Positions 22,808-35,464 of a DNA stretch of 54,660 nucleotides are shown one piece after another (the first letter of the stretch is position 1; each line of letters starts with the position of its first letter). This stretch comes from Acetobacteraceae bacterium (lineage in GTDB: Bacteria; Pseudomonadota; Alphaproteobacteria; Acetobacterales; Acetobacteraceae). The DNA lies in NCBI GenBank assembly GCA_019750475.1, contig JAIEOO010000003.1, forward strand, positions 1 to 54,660, written 5' to 3'. The position numbers were made by a program, and so were the translations under genes. The notes under the pieces were generated by a model. It was not told where the DNA came from. It did not search any database and worked only from the letters and a program-made list of their open reading frames with translations.

Positions 22808-24826
22808 ATGGCCAAGGTCACCGTTGACGGCATCGAGGTCGAGGTTCCGAGCGGCGCCTCCGTCCTGCAGGCCTGCGAGGCGGCGGGGAAGGAGATCCCC
22901 CGCTTCTGCTACCACGAGCGCCTGTCGGTCGCCGGCAATTGCCGCATGTGCCTCGTCGAGGTGGAGAAGGCGCCGAAGCCCGTCGCCTCCTGCTCGTACC
23001 CGGTGGCCGACGGCATGAAGGTCTTCACCGACACGCCGATGGTCCGCAACGGCCGGCGCGGGGTGATGGAGTTCCTGCTCATCAACCACCCGCTGGACTG
23101 CCCGATCTGCGACCAGGGCGGCGAGTGCGACCTGCAGGACCAGGCCGTCGCCTACGGCATGGACAAGGGCCGCTACACCGAGGGCAAGCGGGCGGTGAAG
23201 GACAAGTATGTCGGCCCGCTGATCAAGACGATCATGAACCGGTGCATCCACTGCACCCGCTGCGTGCGCTTCGCGCAGGAGGTCGCCGGCGTGCCGGAAC
23301 TCGGCGCGACCGGCCGCGGCGAGAGCATGGAGATCGGCACCTACATCGAGAAGGCGCTGACGACCGAGCTGTCGGGCAACCTGATCGACATCTGCCCGGT
23401 CGGCGCGCTGACCAGCCGCCCCTACGCCTTCGTCGCCCGCCCCTGGGAGCTGGCGCGGACCGACAGCGTGGACGTGCTCGACGCGCTCGGCGCGCCCATC
23501 ACCATCTCGACGCGCGGCACCGAGATCCTGCGGATCGAGCCGCGGGAGCATGACGACATCAACGAGGAGTGGCTGGGCGACCGCTCGCGCTTCTCGGGCG
23601 ACGGGCTGCGCCGCAAGCGGCTCGACCGGCCCTGGATCCGCCGCGACGGCAAGCTCGTCCCCGCCACCTGGCGCGAGGCCGTGGGCCACGTCGCGGCGAC
23701 GCTGCGGGGACAGCGCGTCGGCGCCCTCGCCGGCCCGACGGCCGAGGTCGAGGGTCTCTTCGCGCTTCGCAAGCTGCTCGAAGGCATGGGCAGCGCCAAC
23801 CTGGATTGCCGGGGCGACGGCGCGCGGCTCGATGCGTCGCGCCGCGACTTCTACCTGTTCAACTCGACCATCGCCGGCATCGACCAGGCGGACCGCATCG
23901 TCGTGATCGGCAGCAACCCGCGCGTCGAGGCGCCGGTGCTGAACGCGCGCATCCGCAAGCGCTGGAACCAGGGCGGGCCGCGCGTCGGCGTCATCGGCCC
24001 GAAAGTCGACCTGACCTACCCGTCGGAGGTGATCGGCCGCTCCCCGCAGGACATCGCGGGCGCGGCGGAGTTCCTCCAGGGCGCCGAGCGCCCGATGGTG
24101 ATCCTCGGCCGCGGCGCGCTGGCGCGGGCCGACGGCGCTGCCGTGCTCGCCGCGGCGTGGGAGCTGACGCGGGCCGCCGGCGGGCTGCGCCCCGACTGGC
24201 ACGGCTTCAATGTCCTGCACCAGTTCGGCGGCCAGGTCGGCGCGCTCGATGCCGGCTTCCGCGCCGGTCTCGACCTGGAGGCGATGCTGGCCGGCGGCGT
24301 GGACGCGCTCTGGCTCATGGCCGCGGACGACTTCGACGTGGCGCGCATCCCGGCCGGCATGTTCGTGGTCTACCAGGGCCATCACGGCGACGCCGCGGCC
24401 GCGCGCGCCGACGTCATCCTGCCCGGCGCCGCCTATGTCGAGAAGGACGGCACCTACGTGAACACCGAGGGCCGGGTGCAGCGGGGCTACCTCGCCATCC
24501 AGCCGCCGGGCGAGGCGAAGGAGGACTGGCGGATCATTCGCGCGACGGCGGCCGGCCTCGGCGTCCCGCTCGGCTTCGACAGCCTGGAGGAGCTGCGCGC
24601 CGCGCTGCTCGCCGAGGCGCCGCTCTTCGGCCGGATCGGGTCCGCGCCGCCGGCGGGCTGCGCGGACGCGGCGGGTCCCGCGGCGGGCGGGCCGCTCTCG
24701 CCGGAGGCGTTCGCGCTGCCCATCACCAATTACTGGCAGGCCGAACCCATCAGCCGGGCGAGCGCCACCATGGCCGAATGCGCCCGCACCTACGGCGCGA
24801 CCCAGAAGCTGCTGGCGGCGGAGTGA
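22808..24826 (+). CDS. nuoG: NADH-quinone oxidoreductase subunit G
   Basis: PRFCYH, GNCRMCLVE, HPLDCPICDQGGEC, CIHCTRC; alternative GTG start at 22799. Confidence 0.97.
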   Translation: MAKVTVDGIEVEVPSGASVLQACEAAGKEIPRFCYHERLSVAGNCRMCLVEVEKAPKPVASCSYPVADGMKVFTDTPMVRNGRRGVMEFLLINHPLDCPICDQGGECDLQDQAVAYGMDKGRYTEGKRAVKDKYVGPLIKTIMNRCIHCTRCVRFAQEVAGVPELGATGRGESMEIGTYIEKALTTELSGNLIDICPVGALTSRPYAFVARPWELARTDSVDVLDALGAPITISTRGTEILRIEPREHDDINEEWLGDRSRFSGDGLRRKRLDRPWIRRDGKLVPATWREAVGHVAATLRGQRVGALAGPTAEVEGLFALRKLLEGMGSANLDCRGDGARLDASRRDFYLFNSTIAGIDQADRIVVIGSNPRVEAPVLNARIRKRWNQGGPRVGVIGPKVDLTYPSEVIGRSPQDIAGAAEFLQGAERPMVILGRGALARADGAAVLAAAWELTRAAGGLRPDWHGFNVLHQFGGQVGALDAGFRAGLDLEAMLAGGVDALWLMAADDFDVARIPAGMFVVYQGHHGDAAAARADVILPGAAYVEKDGTYVNTEGRVQRGYLAIQPPGEAKEDWRIIRATAAGLGVPLGFDSLEELRAALLAEAPLFGRIGSAPPAGCADAAGPAAGGPLSPEAFALPITNYWQAEPISRASATMAECARTYGATQKLLAAE

Positions 24827-24832
24827 CCTGAC

Positions 24833-25843
24833 GTGGAAGCCTTCCTCGCCACCCCTGTCGGGCATCTCGCGCTGACGGTCGCTCAGGCCCTCGCGCTGCT
24901 CGTGCCGGTGCTGATCGCCGTCGCCTACCTCACCTGGGCGGAGCGCAAGGTCCTGGCCGCGATGCAGCTGCGCAAGGGGCCGAACATGGTCGGGCCCTTC
25001 GGCCTGCTGCAGCCCTTCGCCGACGCGATCAAGATGCTGATGAAGGAGACGATCATCCCCTCGGGGTCGAATCGCATCCTCTTCCTCGCCGCGCCGATGC
25101 TGACCTTCGGCCTCGCCATGCTCGCCTGGGCGGTGATCCCGGTGAACGACGGCTGGGCGATCGCCGACATCAATGTCGGCATCCTCTACCTCTTCGCCAT
25201 CAGCTCCCTCGGCGTGTACGGCATCATCATCGCCGGCTGGGCGTCCAACTCGAAATACGCCTTCCTCGGCGCGCTGCGCTCGGCGGCGCAGATGGTCTCC
25301 TACGAGGTCTCCATCGGCTTCGTGATCGTCACGGTGCTGCTCTGCGTCGGTTCGCTGAACCTGACGGAGATCGTCCGCGCGCAGCAGGATTTGTGGTTCG
25401 CGATCCCGCTCTTCCCGATGTTCGTCATCTTCTTCATCTCCGCCCTCGCGGAGACGAACCGCGCCCCGTTCGACCTGCCCGAGGGCGAGAGCGAGCTGGT
25501 GGCGGGCTTCTTCGTCGAATACTCCTCCATGTCCTTCGCCCTGTTCTTCCTGGGCGAGTACGCGAACATGATCCTGATGAGCGCGCTCTGCACCATCCTG
25601 TTCCTGGGTGGTTGGTATCCGCCGCTCGACATCGCGCCGCTGAACTGGATCCCCGGGCCGATCTGGTTCGCCCTGAAGGTCTCGGCGCTGCTCTTCACCT
25701 TCATCTGGGTGCGCGCGACCTTCCCGCGCTACCGCTACGACCAGCTGATGCGGCTGGGCTGGAAGGTCTTCCTGCCCTTCACCCTCGCCTGGCTGGTGCT
25801 GACCGCTTTCGTCCTCAAGCTCACGGGGTGGCTGCCGCAATGA
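24833..25843 (+). CDS. nuoH: NADH-quinone oxidoreductase subunit H
   Basis: [45 protein letters not shown]. Confidence 0.98.
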   Translation: MEAFLATPVGHLALTVAQALALLVPVLIAVAYLTWAERKVLAAMQLRKGPNMVGPFGLLQPFADAIKMLMKETIIPSGSNRILFLAAPMLTFGLAMLAWAVIPVNDGWAIADINVGILYLFAISSLGVYGIIIAGWASNSKYAFLGALRSAAQMVSYEVSIGFVIVTVLLCVGSLNLTEIVRAQQDLWFAIPLFPMFVIFFISALAETNRAPFDLPEGESELVAGFFVEYSSMSFALFFLGEYANMILMSALCTILFLGGWYPPLDIAPLNWIPGPIWFALKVSALLFTFIWVRATFPRYRYDQLMRLGWKVFLPFTLAWLVLTAFVLKLTGWLPQ

Positions 25844-26325
25844 GCCTCGACCGCACCGCGCGGAGCTTCCTGCTGTCCGAGCTCGTCTCGGGCATGGCGC
25901 TCACGCTCAAGACGTTCTTCAGGCCGAAGGCCACGATCAACTACCCCTACGAGCGCGCGCCCATCAGCCCGCGCTTCAAGGGGGAGCACGGGCTGCGCCG
26001 CTACCCGAACGGGGAGGAGCGCTGCATCGCCTGCAAGCTGTGCGAGGCGGTGTGCCCCGCGGTCTGCATCACGATCGAGGCCGAACCGCGCGAGGACGGC
26101 AGCCGCCGCACCACGCGCTACGACATCGACATGACGAAGTGCATCTATTGCGGCCTCTGCGAGGAGGCCTGCCCGGTGGACGCCATCGTCATGGGGCCGA
26201 ACCTCGAATTCGCGACCGAGACGCGCGAGGAGCTCTTCTACGACAAGCAGAAGCTGCTCGAGAACGGCGACCGGTGGGAACCGGCGCTGGCCGCGCGGCT
26301 GCAGGCCGACGCGCCTTATCGCTGA
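25840..26325 (+). CDS. nuoI: NADH-quinone oxidoreductase subunit I
   Basis: ATGA overlap; two ferredoxin motifs [12 protein letters not shown] and [12 protein letters not shown]. Confidence 0.98.
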   Translation: MSLDRTARSFLLSELVSGMALTLKTFFRPKATINYPYERAPISPRFKGEHGLRRYPNGEERCIACKLCEAVCPAVCITIEAEPREDGSRRTTRYDIDMTKCIYCGLCEEACPVDAIVMGPNLEFATETREELFYDKQKLLENGDRWEPALAARLQADAPYR

Positions 26326-26404
26326 GACAGGACGCCCCGCCGCGGCGGGGCCAAGGACGGATGTGAGCCATGGGTTGGGTTGAGGATGAGAAGGGGGTGG
26401 CGCG

Positions 26405-27088
26405 ATGATCGCCGGGCTCGCCTTCTACCTGTTCGCGGCGATCCTGATCGCCAGCGCCGTGATGGTCGTCACGTCGCGCAATCCCGTGCATTCCGTGCTG
26501 TGGCTCATCCTCGCCTTCTTCAACGCGGCGGCGCTGTTCCTCATCGCGGGGGCCGAGTTCCTGGCGATGATCCTGGTCATCGTCTATGTCGGCGCGGTCG
26601 CGGTGCTGTTCCTCTTCGTCGTGATGATGCTCGACGTGGACTTCGCCCAGCTGCGCGAGGGGTTCCAGCGCTACGCGCCGCTCGGCGCGGTCGTCGGCGG
26701 GATCCTCTTCCTCGAGCTGCTGCTCGTCCTGGGCGCCTGGCGCTTCGCGGCCGATGCCGGCGACTTCCGCCTCTCGCCGACGCCGGAGGGCGTCTCCAAC
26801 ACGGAGGCGCTGGGGCGGCTCGTCTACACGGACTACATCTACCTGTTCCAGGCGGCGGGGCTCATCCTGCTGGTCGCCATGATCGGCGCCATCGTCCTGA
26901 CGCTGCGCGGCAAGACGGACACCCGGCGCCAGGACATCGCGGCCCAGATCGCGCGCTCCACCCAGGTGACGATGGCCCGGCCCGAGATCGGCGCCGGCGT
27001 CCCGCGCGAGAGCTTCCTGCGCCGGCTGCCGACCGCACCGAAGGAGGAGCCGAAGCGCGTCGAGCACCAGGGCGGGGGGCACCACTGA
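26405..27088 (+). CDS. nuoJ: NADH-quinone oxidoreductase subunit J
   Basis: [34 protein letters not shown]. Confidence 0.96.
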   Translation: MIAGLAFYLFAAILIASAVMVVTSRNPVHSVLWLILAFFNAAALFLIAGAEFLAMILVIVYVGAVAVLFLFVVMMLDVDFAQLREGFQRYAPLGAVVGGILFLELLLVLGAWRFAADAGDFRLSPTPEGVSNTEALGRLVYTDYIYLFQAAGLILLVAMIGAIVLTLRGKTDTRRQDIAAQIARSTQVTMARPEIGAGVPRESFLRRLPTAPKEEPKRVEHQGGGHH

Positions 27089-27399
27089 TGCTGGCCGTCG
27101 GTCTCGCGCACTACCTCACGGTCGGTGCGATCCTCTCCGTCCTCGGCGTCTTCGGGATCTTCATGAACCGGAAGAACGTCATCGTCATCCTGATGAGCAT
27201 CGAGCTTATCCTGCTCTCGGTGAACCTGAACCTCGTGGCCTTCTCGGCCCAGCTCGGCGACCTGGCCGGGCAGGTCTTCGCCATGTTCATCCTGACCGTC
27301 GCCGCGGCCGAGGCCGCGATCGGCCTCGCCATCGTCGTCATTTACTTCCGCAACCGCGGGACCATCGAGGTCGAGGATGTCTCGACGCTGAAGGGTTAG
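27088..27399 (+). CDS. nuoK: NADH-quinone oxidoreductase subunit K
   Basis: TGATG coupling; [20 protein letters not shown]. Confidence 0.97.
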   Translation: MLAVGLAHYLTVGAILSVLGVFGIFMNRKNVIVILMSIELILLSVNLNLVAFSAQLGDLAGQVFAMFILTVAAAEAAIGLAIVVIYFRNRGTIEVEDVSTLKG

Positions 27400-27403
27400 G
27401 CCC

Positions 27404-29314
27404 ATGTTCGTCGGAGCCGTCTTCTTTCCCCTCCTCGGTGCCTGCGTCAGCGGCTTCCTCGGCCGCTGGATCGGCGACAAGGCGGCGATGTGGTCCACCG
27501 TGATCTGCATGGCGCTTGCCGCCATCTGCGGGACGCTCGCCTTCTTTCAGGTCGCCCTCGGCGGCGCGCCGGCCACGGTCGAGATCGTGACCTGGATGGA
27601 TGTGGGCGAGCTGGAGTTCAGCTGGGCGCTGCGCTTCGACACGCTGGCCGCGGTGATGGTGGGGATGATCACCCTCATCTCCACGCTGATCCATCTCTAC
27701 TCGGTGGGCTACATGGCCCATGACGAGACGCCGCCGCGCTTCTTCGCCTATCTCAGCCTGTTCACCTTCATGATGCTGATGCTGGTGACGGCGGACAACC
27801 TCGTGCAGCTGTTCTTCGGCTGGGAGGGGGTCGGCCTCGCGAGCTACCTGCTCATCAACTACTGGTACGAGAAGGAAAGCGCCAACGACGCGGCGATGAA
27901 GGCTTTCATCGTGAACCGCGTCGGCGACCTGTTCTTCATGCTCGGCATGGCGCTGACCTTCCTCACCTTCGGCAGCCTCGAATTCGACGCGATCTTCGCC
28001 GGCGCCGAGGCCCAGCGGAACGCCACCTTCCTCGGCCTCCCCTCGCTCGAGCTGATCGGCCTGCTGCTGTTCCTGGGCGCCATGGGCAAGTCCGCGCAGC
28101 TCGGCCTGCACACCTGGCTGCCGGACGCCATGGAGGGGCCGACGCCCGTCTCGGCCCTCATCCACGCGGCCACCATGGTGACCGCGGGCGTCTTCCTGAT
28201 GTGCCGCATGTCGCCCATCATGGAATACGCGCCTTTCGCGCTCGCGGTGGTGACGGTCGTCGGCGCCTCGACCGCGCTCTTCGCCGCGACGATCGGCTGC
28301 GTGCAGAACGACATCAAGCGCATCATCGCCTACTCGACCTGCTCGCAGCTCGGCTACATGTTCTTCGCGGCGGGCGTCGGGCTCTACCAGGCGGCGATGT
28401 TCCACCTCTTCACCCACGCCTTCTTCAAGGCGCTGCTCTTCCTCGGGGCCGGGTCGGTGATCCACGCCATGAGCGACGAGCAGGACATCCGCCGCATGGG
28501 CGGCATCTGGAAGAAGATCCCGGTCACCTACGCGGTGATGTGGATCGGCTCCCTCGCGCTCGCCGGCATTCCGGTCTTCGCCGGCTACTACTCGAAGGAC
28601 GCCATCCTCGAGGGCGCCGTGGCCGCGGCCAGCGCGACCGGCACCTACGCCTTCGTCTGCGGCATCGTCGCGGCCTTCCTCACGGCCTTCTACTCCTGGC
28701 GGCTGCTGATCCTGACCTTCCACGGCGCGCCCCGCGCCGACGCGGAGACGATGGACCACGTGCATGAGAGCCCGGCGGTGATGCTGATCCCGCTGCTGCT
28801 GCTCTCGGTCGGCGCCGTCGCCACGGGCTTCACCTTCGCGCCCTACTTCATCGGCGACCTGCAGGCGCAGTTCTGGAACGGCGCGATCTTCAACGATCCG
28901 GCGAAGCACATGCTGGAGGCGCTGCACCACGCCCCGCACTGGGTCCCGACGGTGGCGAAGGTCACGGCGGTGTCGGGCATCGCGCTCGCCATTCTGCTCT
29001 ACGGCTTCCTGCCGCAGGTGCCGGGCCGGATCGCGGCCGCGGTGCCCGGGCTGTACCGCTTCCTGTTGAACAAGTGGTACTTCGACGAGCTGTATGACCG
29101 CATCTTCGTCCAGCCCGCGCGGCGGCTCGCCGTCGGGTTCTGGAAGGTCGGCGACGCCCGCATCATCGACGGCATGCCGAACGGCGTCGCCGCGCTCGCC
29201 GCCGGCACGGCGCGCGGCGTGGTCCGCATCCAGACCGGGCGCGTGGCGAACTACGCCTTCGCGATGATCATCGGCCTCGTCCTTTTCGTCACCCTCTTCC
29301 TGCTGGGCCGCTGA
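27404..29314 (+). CDS. nuoL: NADH-quinone oxidoreductase subunit L
   Basis: [47 protein letters not shown]. Confidence 0.98.
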   Translation: MFVGAVFFPLLGACVSGFLGRWIGDKAAMWSTVICMALAAICGTLAFFQVALGGAPATVEIVTWMDVGELEFSWALRFDTLAAVMVGMITLISTLIHLYSVGYMAHDETPPRFFAYLSLFTFMMLMLVTADNLVQLFFGWEGVGLASYLLINYWYEKESANDAAMKAFIVNRVGDLFFMLGMALTFLTFGSLEFDAIFAGAEAQRNATFLGLPSLELIGLLLFLGAMGKSAQLGLHTWLPDAMEGPTPVSALIHAATMVTAGVFLMCRMSPIMEYAPFALAVVTVVGASTALFAATIGCVQNDIKRIIAYSTCSQLGYMFFAAGVGLYQAAMFHLFTHAFFKALLFLGAGSVIHAMSDEQDIRRMGGIWKKIPVTYAVMWIGSLALAGIPVFAGYYSKDAILEGAVAAASATGTYAFVCGIVAAFLTAFYSWRLLILTFHGAPRADAETMDHVHESPAVMLIPLLLLSVGAVATGFTFAPYFIGDLQAQFWNGAIFNDPAKHMLEALHHAPHWVPTVAKVTAVSGIALAILLYGFLPQVPGRIAAAVPGLYRFLLNKWYFDELYDRIFVQPARRLAVGFWKVGDARIIDGMPNGVAALAAGTARGVVRIQTGRVANYAFAMIIGLVLFVTLFLLGR

Positions 29315-29315
29315 G

Positions 29316-30830
29316 ATGAACGCCGCGGGCTTCCCGATCCTCTCGCTCCTCACCTTCCTGCCGCTGGTGGGGGCGGCGATCATCCTCTTCGTCCGGGGCG
29401 AGGATGCGACCGTCGCGTCCAATGCGCGCTGGACGGCGCTCTGGACGTCGCTGATCGTCTTCGTCCTCTCGCTCGTCCTCTGGGTGCAGTTCGACAAGAC
29501 GAGCGCCGACTACCAGTTCGTCGAGCAGGTCTCCTGGCTGCCGGAATTCGGCATCGCCTACATCATGGGCGTGGACGGCATCTCGGTGCTGTTCGTGCTG
29601 CTCTCGACCGCGCTCACCCCGCTCTGCATCCTCGCCTCCTGGGAAGCGGTGCAGAACCGGGTGCGGGAGTACATGATCGCCTTCCTCGTCCTCGAGACGA
29701 TGATGGTCGGCATGTTCTGTGCCCTCGACCTCATGCTGTTCTACATCTTCTTCGAGGGCGTGCTGATCCCGATGTTCCTCATCATCGGAATCTGGGGCGG
29801 GGCGCGGCGCGTCTACGCCGCCTACAAGTTCTTCCTCTACACGCTGCTCGGCTCGGTGCTCATGCTGCTCGCGATCATCGCGCTGTGGTACCAGGCCGGC
29901 ACGACCTCCATCCCCGAGCTCTCCGAGTTCGACATCGGCTTCACCCTGCAGGTGTGGCTGTTCCTCGCCTTCTTCGCCTCCTTCGCGGTGAAGGTGCCGA
30001 TGTGGCCGGTTCACACCTGGCTGCCGGACGCCCATGTGGAGGCGCCGACGGCCGGCTCGGTCATCCTGGCGGGCGTGCTGCTGAAGATGGGGGCCTACGG
30101 CTTCCTCCGCTTCTCGCTGCCGCTCGCGCCCGACGCCTCGCAGATGTTCGCCCCGGCGATCTACGTCCTCTCCATCGTGGCGGTGGTCTACACCTCGCTC
30201 GTCGCCCTGGCGCAGGAGGACATGAAGAAGCTGATCGCCTACTCGTCGGTCGCCCACATGGGCATCGTCACGCTCGGCATCTTCACCTTCAACCAGCAGG
30301 GGATCGAGGGCGCGCTCTTCACCATGCTCTCGCACGGCGTCGTCTCGGGCGCGCTCTTCCTCTGCGTCGGCGTCCTCTACGACCGCGTCCACAGCCGCGA
30401 GATCGCGCGCTACGGCGGTGTCGCGAAGATCATGCCGGCCTACGCCCTGGTCTTCATGCTGTTCACCATGGGCTCGGTCGCGCTGCCGGGCACGGCGGGC
30501 TTCCCGGGCGAGTTCCTGGTCATCGTCGGCGCCTGGGCGGTGAACCCGTGGGTCGCCTTCGGCGCGGCGCTCGGCATGATCCTGGGCGCGGCCTACATGC
30601 TGTACCTGTACCGCCGGGTGGCCTTCGGGAAGATCACGAAGCAGGACCTCCGCGCGCTGCTCGACCTCAGCCCGCGCGAATACGCGACCTTCGCGCCGCT
30701 GATCCTGCTGACGCTGTGGATGGGCGTCTATCCGCAGTCCTTCCTCAACTTCTTCTCGGCGACGGTGGCGGAGCTGGTGCAGAACCACCAGCAGGCGCTC
30801 GCCACCACCGCGCGCCTCGCCGGCCTGTGA
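29316..30830 (+). CDS. nuoM: NADH-quinone oxidoreductase subunit M
   Basis: [44 protein letters not shown]. Confidence 0.98.
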   Translation: MNAAGFPILSLLTFLPLVGAAIILFVRGEDATVASNARWTALWTSLIVFVLSLVLWVQFDKTSADYQFVEQVSWLPEFGIAYIMGVDGISVLFVLLSTALTPLCILASWEAVQNRVREYMIAFLVLETMMVGMFCALDLMLFYIFFEGVLIPMFLIIGIWGGARRVYAAYKFFLYTLLGSVLMLLAIIALWYQAGTTSIPELSEFDIGFTLQVWLFLAFFASFAVKVPMWPVHTWLPDAHVEAPTAGSVILAGVLLKMGAYGFLRFSLPLAPDASQMFAPAIYVLSIVAVVYTSLVALAQEDMKKLIAYSSVAHMGIVTLGIFTFNQQGIEGALFTMLSHGVVSGALFLCVGVLYDRVHSREIARYGGVAKIMPAYALVFMLFTMGSVALPGTAGFPGEFLVIVGAWAVNPWVAFGAALGMILGAAYMLYLYRRVAFGKITKQDLRALLDLSPREYATFAPLILLTLWMGVYPQSFLNFFSATVAELVQNHQQALATTARLAGL

Positions 30831-30834
30831 GGGC

Positions 30835-32265
30835 ATGACGATGAACTGGACCCTCGCCCTGCCGGAGATCGTGCTCGCGGTCGCCGGCCTCGTCATCCTC
30901 GTCGCGGGCGTGATCCCCAAGGATCGCGACACGACCTTCCCCTGCGCCATGGGCGTCCTCGGCGCCTTCCTGGTCACGGCCGTGCTCGTCATCGCCCAGG
31001 GGGAGGGGACGGCCTTCGGCGGCCAGTACGTCGCCGACGACTTCTCGGCCTTCATGAAGCTGCTCGCGCTGGCGGGCGCCGCCCTCGGCCTCCTCCTCGC
31101 GCTCGACTGGAACGCCAGCCAGGGCCTGTCCCGCTTCGAGTATCCGGTCCTCGTCCTGTTCGCGACGCTCGGGATGATGGTCATGATCTCGGCGAACGAC
31201 CTGATGAGCCTCTATCTCGGGCTCGAGCTGCTCTCCCTGCCGCTCTACGTGCTGGCGGGCTTCGACCGCGACAACCCCCGCAGCGCCGAGGCGGGGCTCA
31301 AGTACTTCGTCCTCGGCGCGCTCTCCTCCGGCATGCTGCTCTACGGGGCGTCGCTCGTGTACGGCTTTGCCGGCACCACGAACTTCGACCGCCTGGCGGA
31401 TGCGCTCTCGGCGCAGTCGGGCGTCTCGGCCGGCGTGGTCGTCGGCGTCGTGTTCATCATCGCGGCGCTGGCCTTCAAGATCGCGGCCGTGCCCTTCCAC
31501 ATGTGGACGCCCGACGTCTACGAAGGCGCGCCCACGCCGGTCACGGCCTTCTTCGCGGCCGCGCCCAAGGTCGCGGGCATCGCGCTGCTGGTGCGCGCCC
31601 TGTCCGGGCCCTTCGGCGACCTGGCGCAGCAATGGCAGCAGGTGATCGTGCTCGCCTCGCTCGGCTCCATGCTGCTCGGCGCCTTCGCCGCCATCGGCCA
31701 GGCGAACATCAAGCGGCTGATGGCCTATTCCTCCATCAACAATGTCGGCTTCATCCTGATGGGGCTGGCGGTCGGCGGCGAGAGCGGCCTGCGCGGCGTG
31801 CTGCTCTACACCGCCATCTACGTCGCCATGACGCTCGGCTCCTTCGCCGTCCTCGTCGCGATGCGGCGCGGCGGCCGCGCGGTCGAGCGCGTGGACGACC
31901 TCGCCGGCCTCGGCCGGACCGATCCCGGCATGGCGCTCGCCATGGCGATCTTCATGTTCTCGCTCGCCGGCATCCCGCCGCTCGCCGGCTTCTTCGCGAA
32001 GCTCTACGTCCTGCTCCCGGCGGTGGAGCAGGGCTTCTGGCTGCTCGCGACCGTGGGCGTCCTCGCCTCGGTGGTGGCGGCCTACTACTACCTCCGCATC
32101 ATCAAGGTGATGTATTTCGACGACGCCGCCCCGGCCTTCGACGCGCGCCCCGCGGGTGTCTCCGTCGTGCTCGCGGCGACGGCGCTCTTCACCACCTTCT
32201 TCTTCCTCTTCCCCGGCGCGATGCTCGCGGCCGCGCGGCAGGCGGTGGCGGCCCTCGTCGGATGA
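30835..32265 (+). CDS. nuoN: NADH-quinone oxidoreductase subunit N
   Basis: EAGLKYF, FKIAAVPFHMWTPDVYEGAP, SLAGIPPLAGF. Confidence 0.97.
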   Translation: MTMNWTLALPEIVLAVAGLVILVAGVIPKDRDTTFPCAMGVLGAFLVTAVLVIAQGEGTAFGGQYVADDFSAFMKLLALAGAALGLLLALDWNASQGLSRFEYPVLVLFATLGMMVMISANDLMSLYLGLELLSLPLYVLAGFDRDNPRSAEAGLKYFVLGALSSGMLLYGASLVYGFAGTTNFDRLADALSAQSGVSAGVVVGVVFIIAALAFKIAAVPFHMWTPDVYEGAPTPVTAFFAAAPKVAGIALLVRALSGPFGDLAQQWQQVIVLASLGSMLLGAFAAIGQANIKRLMAYSSINNVGFILMGLAVGGESGLRGVLLYTAIYVAMTLGSFAVLVAMRRGGRAVERVDDLAGLGRTDPGMALAMAIFMFSLAGIPPLAGFFAKLYVLLPAVEQGFWLLATVGVLASVVAAYYYLRIIKVMYFDDAAPAFDARPAGVSVVLAATALFTTFFFLFPGAMLAAARQAVAALVG

Positions 32266-32984
32266 CGGGCGCCGCCAACTGGCGGCTGCAGGTCTTCGAG
32301 GCGCTGCCCTCGACGCAGAACCTCGTCCAGAAGCTGGCCGAGGCGGGAGAGCCCGCCGGGCTCGCGGTGCTGGCGAGGCGCCAGACCGCCGGGCGGGGGC
32401 AGGGGGTGCGGGTCTGGGCCTCGCCCGCCGGCAATCTCCACCTGTCGGTGCTGCTCCGGCCGCGCGGCGCCGCGCGGGACCTGCCCGGCTGGGCGCTGCT
32501 CTTCGCGGTCGCCCTCCGCGAGGCCGCCTCCGAGCTCGTGCCGGCGGCCCGGCTGCGCCTCAAATGGCCGAACGACCTCCTGCTCGACGGCGCCAAGTGC
32601 GCCGGCGTGCTGACCGAGGCGGAGCTGGCCGAGGACGGGTCCATCGCCCAGATCGTCGCCGGCTTCGGCGTGAACCTGGCCCATGCCCCGGCGCTGGAAG
32701 GGCGCGAGACGGCGGCCCTCGGCGATGCCGATGTCGAAGGCTTCGCCCGCGTCCTGCTCGACCGCATCGCCGCCTGGACGCGGATCCGCCTGACCGAGGG
32801 CTTCGCGCCCGTGCGCGCCGCCTGGATCGCCGCCGGCCCGGAGCGCGGGGCGCTGCTCACGCTCAAGCGGGATGGCGCGGGCGTGACGGGACGCTATGAA
32901 GGCCTCGCCGAGGACGGGGCGCTGCTGCTCTCGACCGGCGGCCGGGTGCACGCCTTCCACGCCGGCGAGATCGAGGGACGTTAG
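32262..32984 (+). CDS. birA: Biotin--[acetyl-CoA-carboxylase] ligase without an N-terminal HTH
   Basis: QTAGRG, WASPAGNL, KWPNDLL, KCAGVLTE, GVN; follows nuoN. Confidence 0.93.
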   Translation: MTGAANWRLQVFEALPSTQNLVQKLAEAGEPAGLAVLARRQTAGRGQGVRVWASPAGNLHLSVLLRPRGAARDLPGWALLFAVALREAASELVPAARLRLKWPNDLLLDGAKCAGVLTEAELAEDGSIAQIVAGFGVNLAHAPALEGRETAALGDADVEGFARVLLDRIAAWTRIRLTEGFAPVRAAWIAAGPERGALLTLKRDGAGVTGRYEGLAEDGALLLSTGGRVHAFHAGEIEGR

Positions 32985-32990
32985 CCACCC

Positions 32991-33803
32991 ATGCTTCTGG
33001 CCGTGGATGCCGGCAACACCAACGTCGTCTTCGCCGTTCATGACGGGCGGGAGTGGCGCGGCCGCTGGCGCATCGCCACCCGCGCCGACCGCACCAGCGA
33101 CGAATATGCCGTCTGGCTGCTCTTCCTCATGCAGCAGGCGGGGCTGCGCCCGGCCGACGTCACCCGCGCCGTGATCGGGACCGTCGTCCCGGCCGCGCTC
33201 TACAACCTCCGCCGGCTCTGCCGCGACTGGTTCGCCTGCGAGCCGCTGGTGGCGCGCTCGACGCTTGACTGGGGCTTCGCCATCAGCGTGGATCGCCCGC
33301 AGGAGGTGGGGGCCGACCGCCTGCTCAACGCGCTCTCGGCCCATCACCACTATCGCGGGCCGCTCATCGTGATCGATTTCGGCACGGCCACGACCTTCGA
33401 CGTCGTGGACCAGGACGGCGCCTATCTCGGCGGCGTCATCGCGCCGGGGATCAACCTCTCGATCGAGGCGCTGCACAAGGCGGCGGCCAGGCTCCCGCGC
33501 ATCGGGATCGGCCGGCCGCAGGCCGCCATCGGGCGGGACACCGTCTCGGCCATGCAGTCGGGCATCTTCTGGGGCTATGTCGGGTTGATCGAGGGGATCG
33601 TGTCCCGCATCCGCGCCGAGCGGGAAGCGGCCACGCTCAAGGTGATCGCGACGGGCGGCCTCGCGCCGCTGCTGGCGGAGGGCACGACGGTGATCGAGCG
33701 CGTGGACCAGGACATCACGCTGGAGGGCCTCCGGCTGTTGGCGATGCGCAACCCCGCCCCCACATACCGGGGCGAGATTTCAGCGACGATTCCCTCCGAA
33801 TGA
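32991..33803 (+). CDS. coaX: Type III pantothenate kinase
   Basis: [30 protein letters not shown]. Confidence 0.95.
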   Translation: MLLAVDAGNTNVVFAVHDGREWRGRWRIATRADRTSDEYAVWLLFLMQQAGLRPADVTRAVIGTVVPAALYNLRRLCRDWFACEPLVARSTLDWGFAISVDRPQEVGADRLLNALSAHHHYRGPLIVIDFGTATTFDVVDQDGAYLGGVIAPGINLSIEALHKAAARLPRIGIGRPQAAIGRDTVSAMQSGIFWGYVGLIEGIVSRIRAEREAATLKVIATGGLAPLLAEGTTVIERVDQDITLEGLRLLAMRNPAPTYRGEISATIPSE

Positions 33804-35464
33804 ACAAGACGATCACCCCCGGGCCTGCTTCGGGGGACTTGGCCTTCATCCCGCTGGGCGGCACCGGCGAGATCGGCATGAACCTCAACGTCTATCGCTG
33901 CGACGGCAAGCTGCTGGCGGTGGATTGCGGCATCGGCTTCGCGGGGCCCGACTTCCCCGCCGCCGAGATCGTGGTCCCCGACGCGGCCTGGCTCGCCGAG
34001 CGCGCGGACCAGCTGGTCGGCCTGGTGATCACCCACGCGCATGAGGACCATGTCGGCGCCGTGGCGCATCTCTGGCCGAGCCTCGAATGCCCGGTCTACG
34101 CGGGTCCCTTCGTGTCGGCCGTGCTGCGGCGGAAGCTCGCGGAGGCGGGGCTGTCGCAGGATGTGGAGCTGCACACGAAGCCGATCCCCGGGCGGTGGAA
34201 GCTCGGGCCGTTCGACCTCGAATTCCTGCGCGTGACGCATTCCGTGCCCGAGGCCGCGGCGCTGGTGATCCGGACGCGGCACGGGACGGTGCTCCACACG
34301 GGCGACTGGAAGCTGGACCCCGAGCCGCTCATCGGCCCCCCGACCGACGAGGCGGCCTTCGCCCGCCTCGCGGAGGAGGGCGTGCTCGCCATGGTGTGCG
34401 ACAGCACCAACGCCCTGGTCGAGGGCCATTCGGGCAGCGAGGCGGAGGTGCGGCGCAACTTCCACGCGCTGATCCGCCAGCTTCGCGGGCGCGTCGCCGT
34501 GACCTGCTTCGCCACGAACCTCGCCCGCGTCGAGAGCATCGCGCTGGCCGCCAAGGCGGCGGGACGCGACGTGGCGCTGTTCGGCCGCAGCCTGCGCAAC
34601 GCCGTGAACGCGGCGCGGGAGTGCGGCTACCTCTCGCAGGTGCCGGACTTCGTCTCCGAGGAGGAGGCGGGCTTCATCCCCGACGACAACCTGCTGATCA
34701 TCTGCACCGGCTCCCAGGGCGAGCCGCGCTCGGCGCTCAGCAAGATCGCGGCGGACACGCATCCGCACATGGCGCTGGGGGAGGGGGACACCGTCATCTT
34801 CTCCTCGCGCATGATCCCCGGCAACGAGCGTGCGATCCGCCGGCTCCAGGACGACCTCACCCGCCGCGGCTGCCGCGTGATGACGGCCGACGACCACGCC
34901 GTCCATGTCTCGGGCCATCCCTGCCGCGACGAGCTGAAGCGGCTGTACCAACTGGTGAAGCCGCGCATCGCGGTTCCCGTCCACGGCGAATGGCGCCACC
35001 TCTCCGAGCACGCGGCGCTGGCGCGCGAATGCGGGGCCGAGGCCATCATCGTCGAGGACGGGGACGTGCTGCGCCTCTCCGGCAACAAGCCCGATGTCGC
35101 GGACAGCGTGCCGGTCGGGCGGCTCGCCGTGGACGAGAAGCGCCTGCTGCCGCTCGAGGGCGGGCTGATGAGCGCGCGCAAGCGGATGCTGTTCAACGGC
35201 GTCGTCGTGGCGAGCCTCGCGGTGGACGAGCAGGGCCGCGTCGTCGGCCGGCCGCGGGTTTCCGCCCCGGGCCTGTTCGAGGCCGAGGGGCCCGAGCACG
35301 AGCAGCTCGCGGACGAGCTCGCCCGGGGCATGCACGAGCTGCCGAAGGGCCTGCGGCGCGAGGACGGCGCCGTGACGGAGGCCGCCCGCGCCCTGCTGCG
35401 CAAGGCGGTGGGCCGCCGCCTGCGCAAGCGGCCGAACGTGGAAGTCCATCTGCTGCGCGTCTGA
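33800..35464 (+). CDS. rnj: Ribonuclease J
   Basis: [46 protein letters not shown]. Confidence 0.96.
   Translation: MNKTITPGPASGDLAFIPLGGTGEIGMNLNVYRCDGKLLAVDCGIGFAGPDFPAAEIVVPDAAWLAERADQLVGLVITHAHEDHVGAVAHLWPSLECPVYAGPFVSAVLRRKLAEAGLSQDVELHTKPIPGRWKLGPFDLEFLRVTHSVPEAAALVIRTRHGTVLHTGDWKLDPEPLIGPPTDEAAFARLAEEGVLAMVCDSTNALVEGHSGSEAEVRRNFHALIRQLRGRVAVTCFATNLARVESIALAAKAAGRDVALFGRSLRNAVNAARECGYLSQVPDFVSEEEAGFIPDDNLLIICTGSQGEPRSALSKIAADTHPHMALGEGDTVIFSSRMIPGNERAIRRLQDDLTRRGCRVMTADDHAVHVSGHPCRDELKRLYQLVKPRIAVPVHGEWRHLSEHAALARECGAEAIIVEDGDVLRLSGNKPDVADSVPVGRLAVDEKRLLPLEGGLMSARKRMLFNGVVVASLAVDEQGRVVGRPRVSAPGLFEAEGPEHEQLADELARGMHELPKGLRREDGAVTEAARALLRKAVGRRLRKRPNVEVHLLRV

Noticed and set aside
26326-26404. 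Hairpin GCCCCGCC/GGCGGGGC between nuoI and nuoJ as a REP element or terminator
   Set aside because: Single copy, 2-nt loop, no U tract
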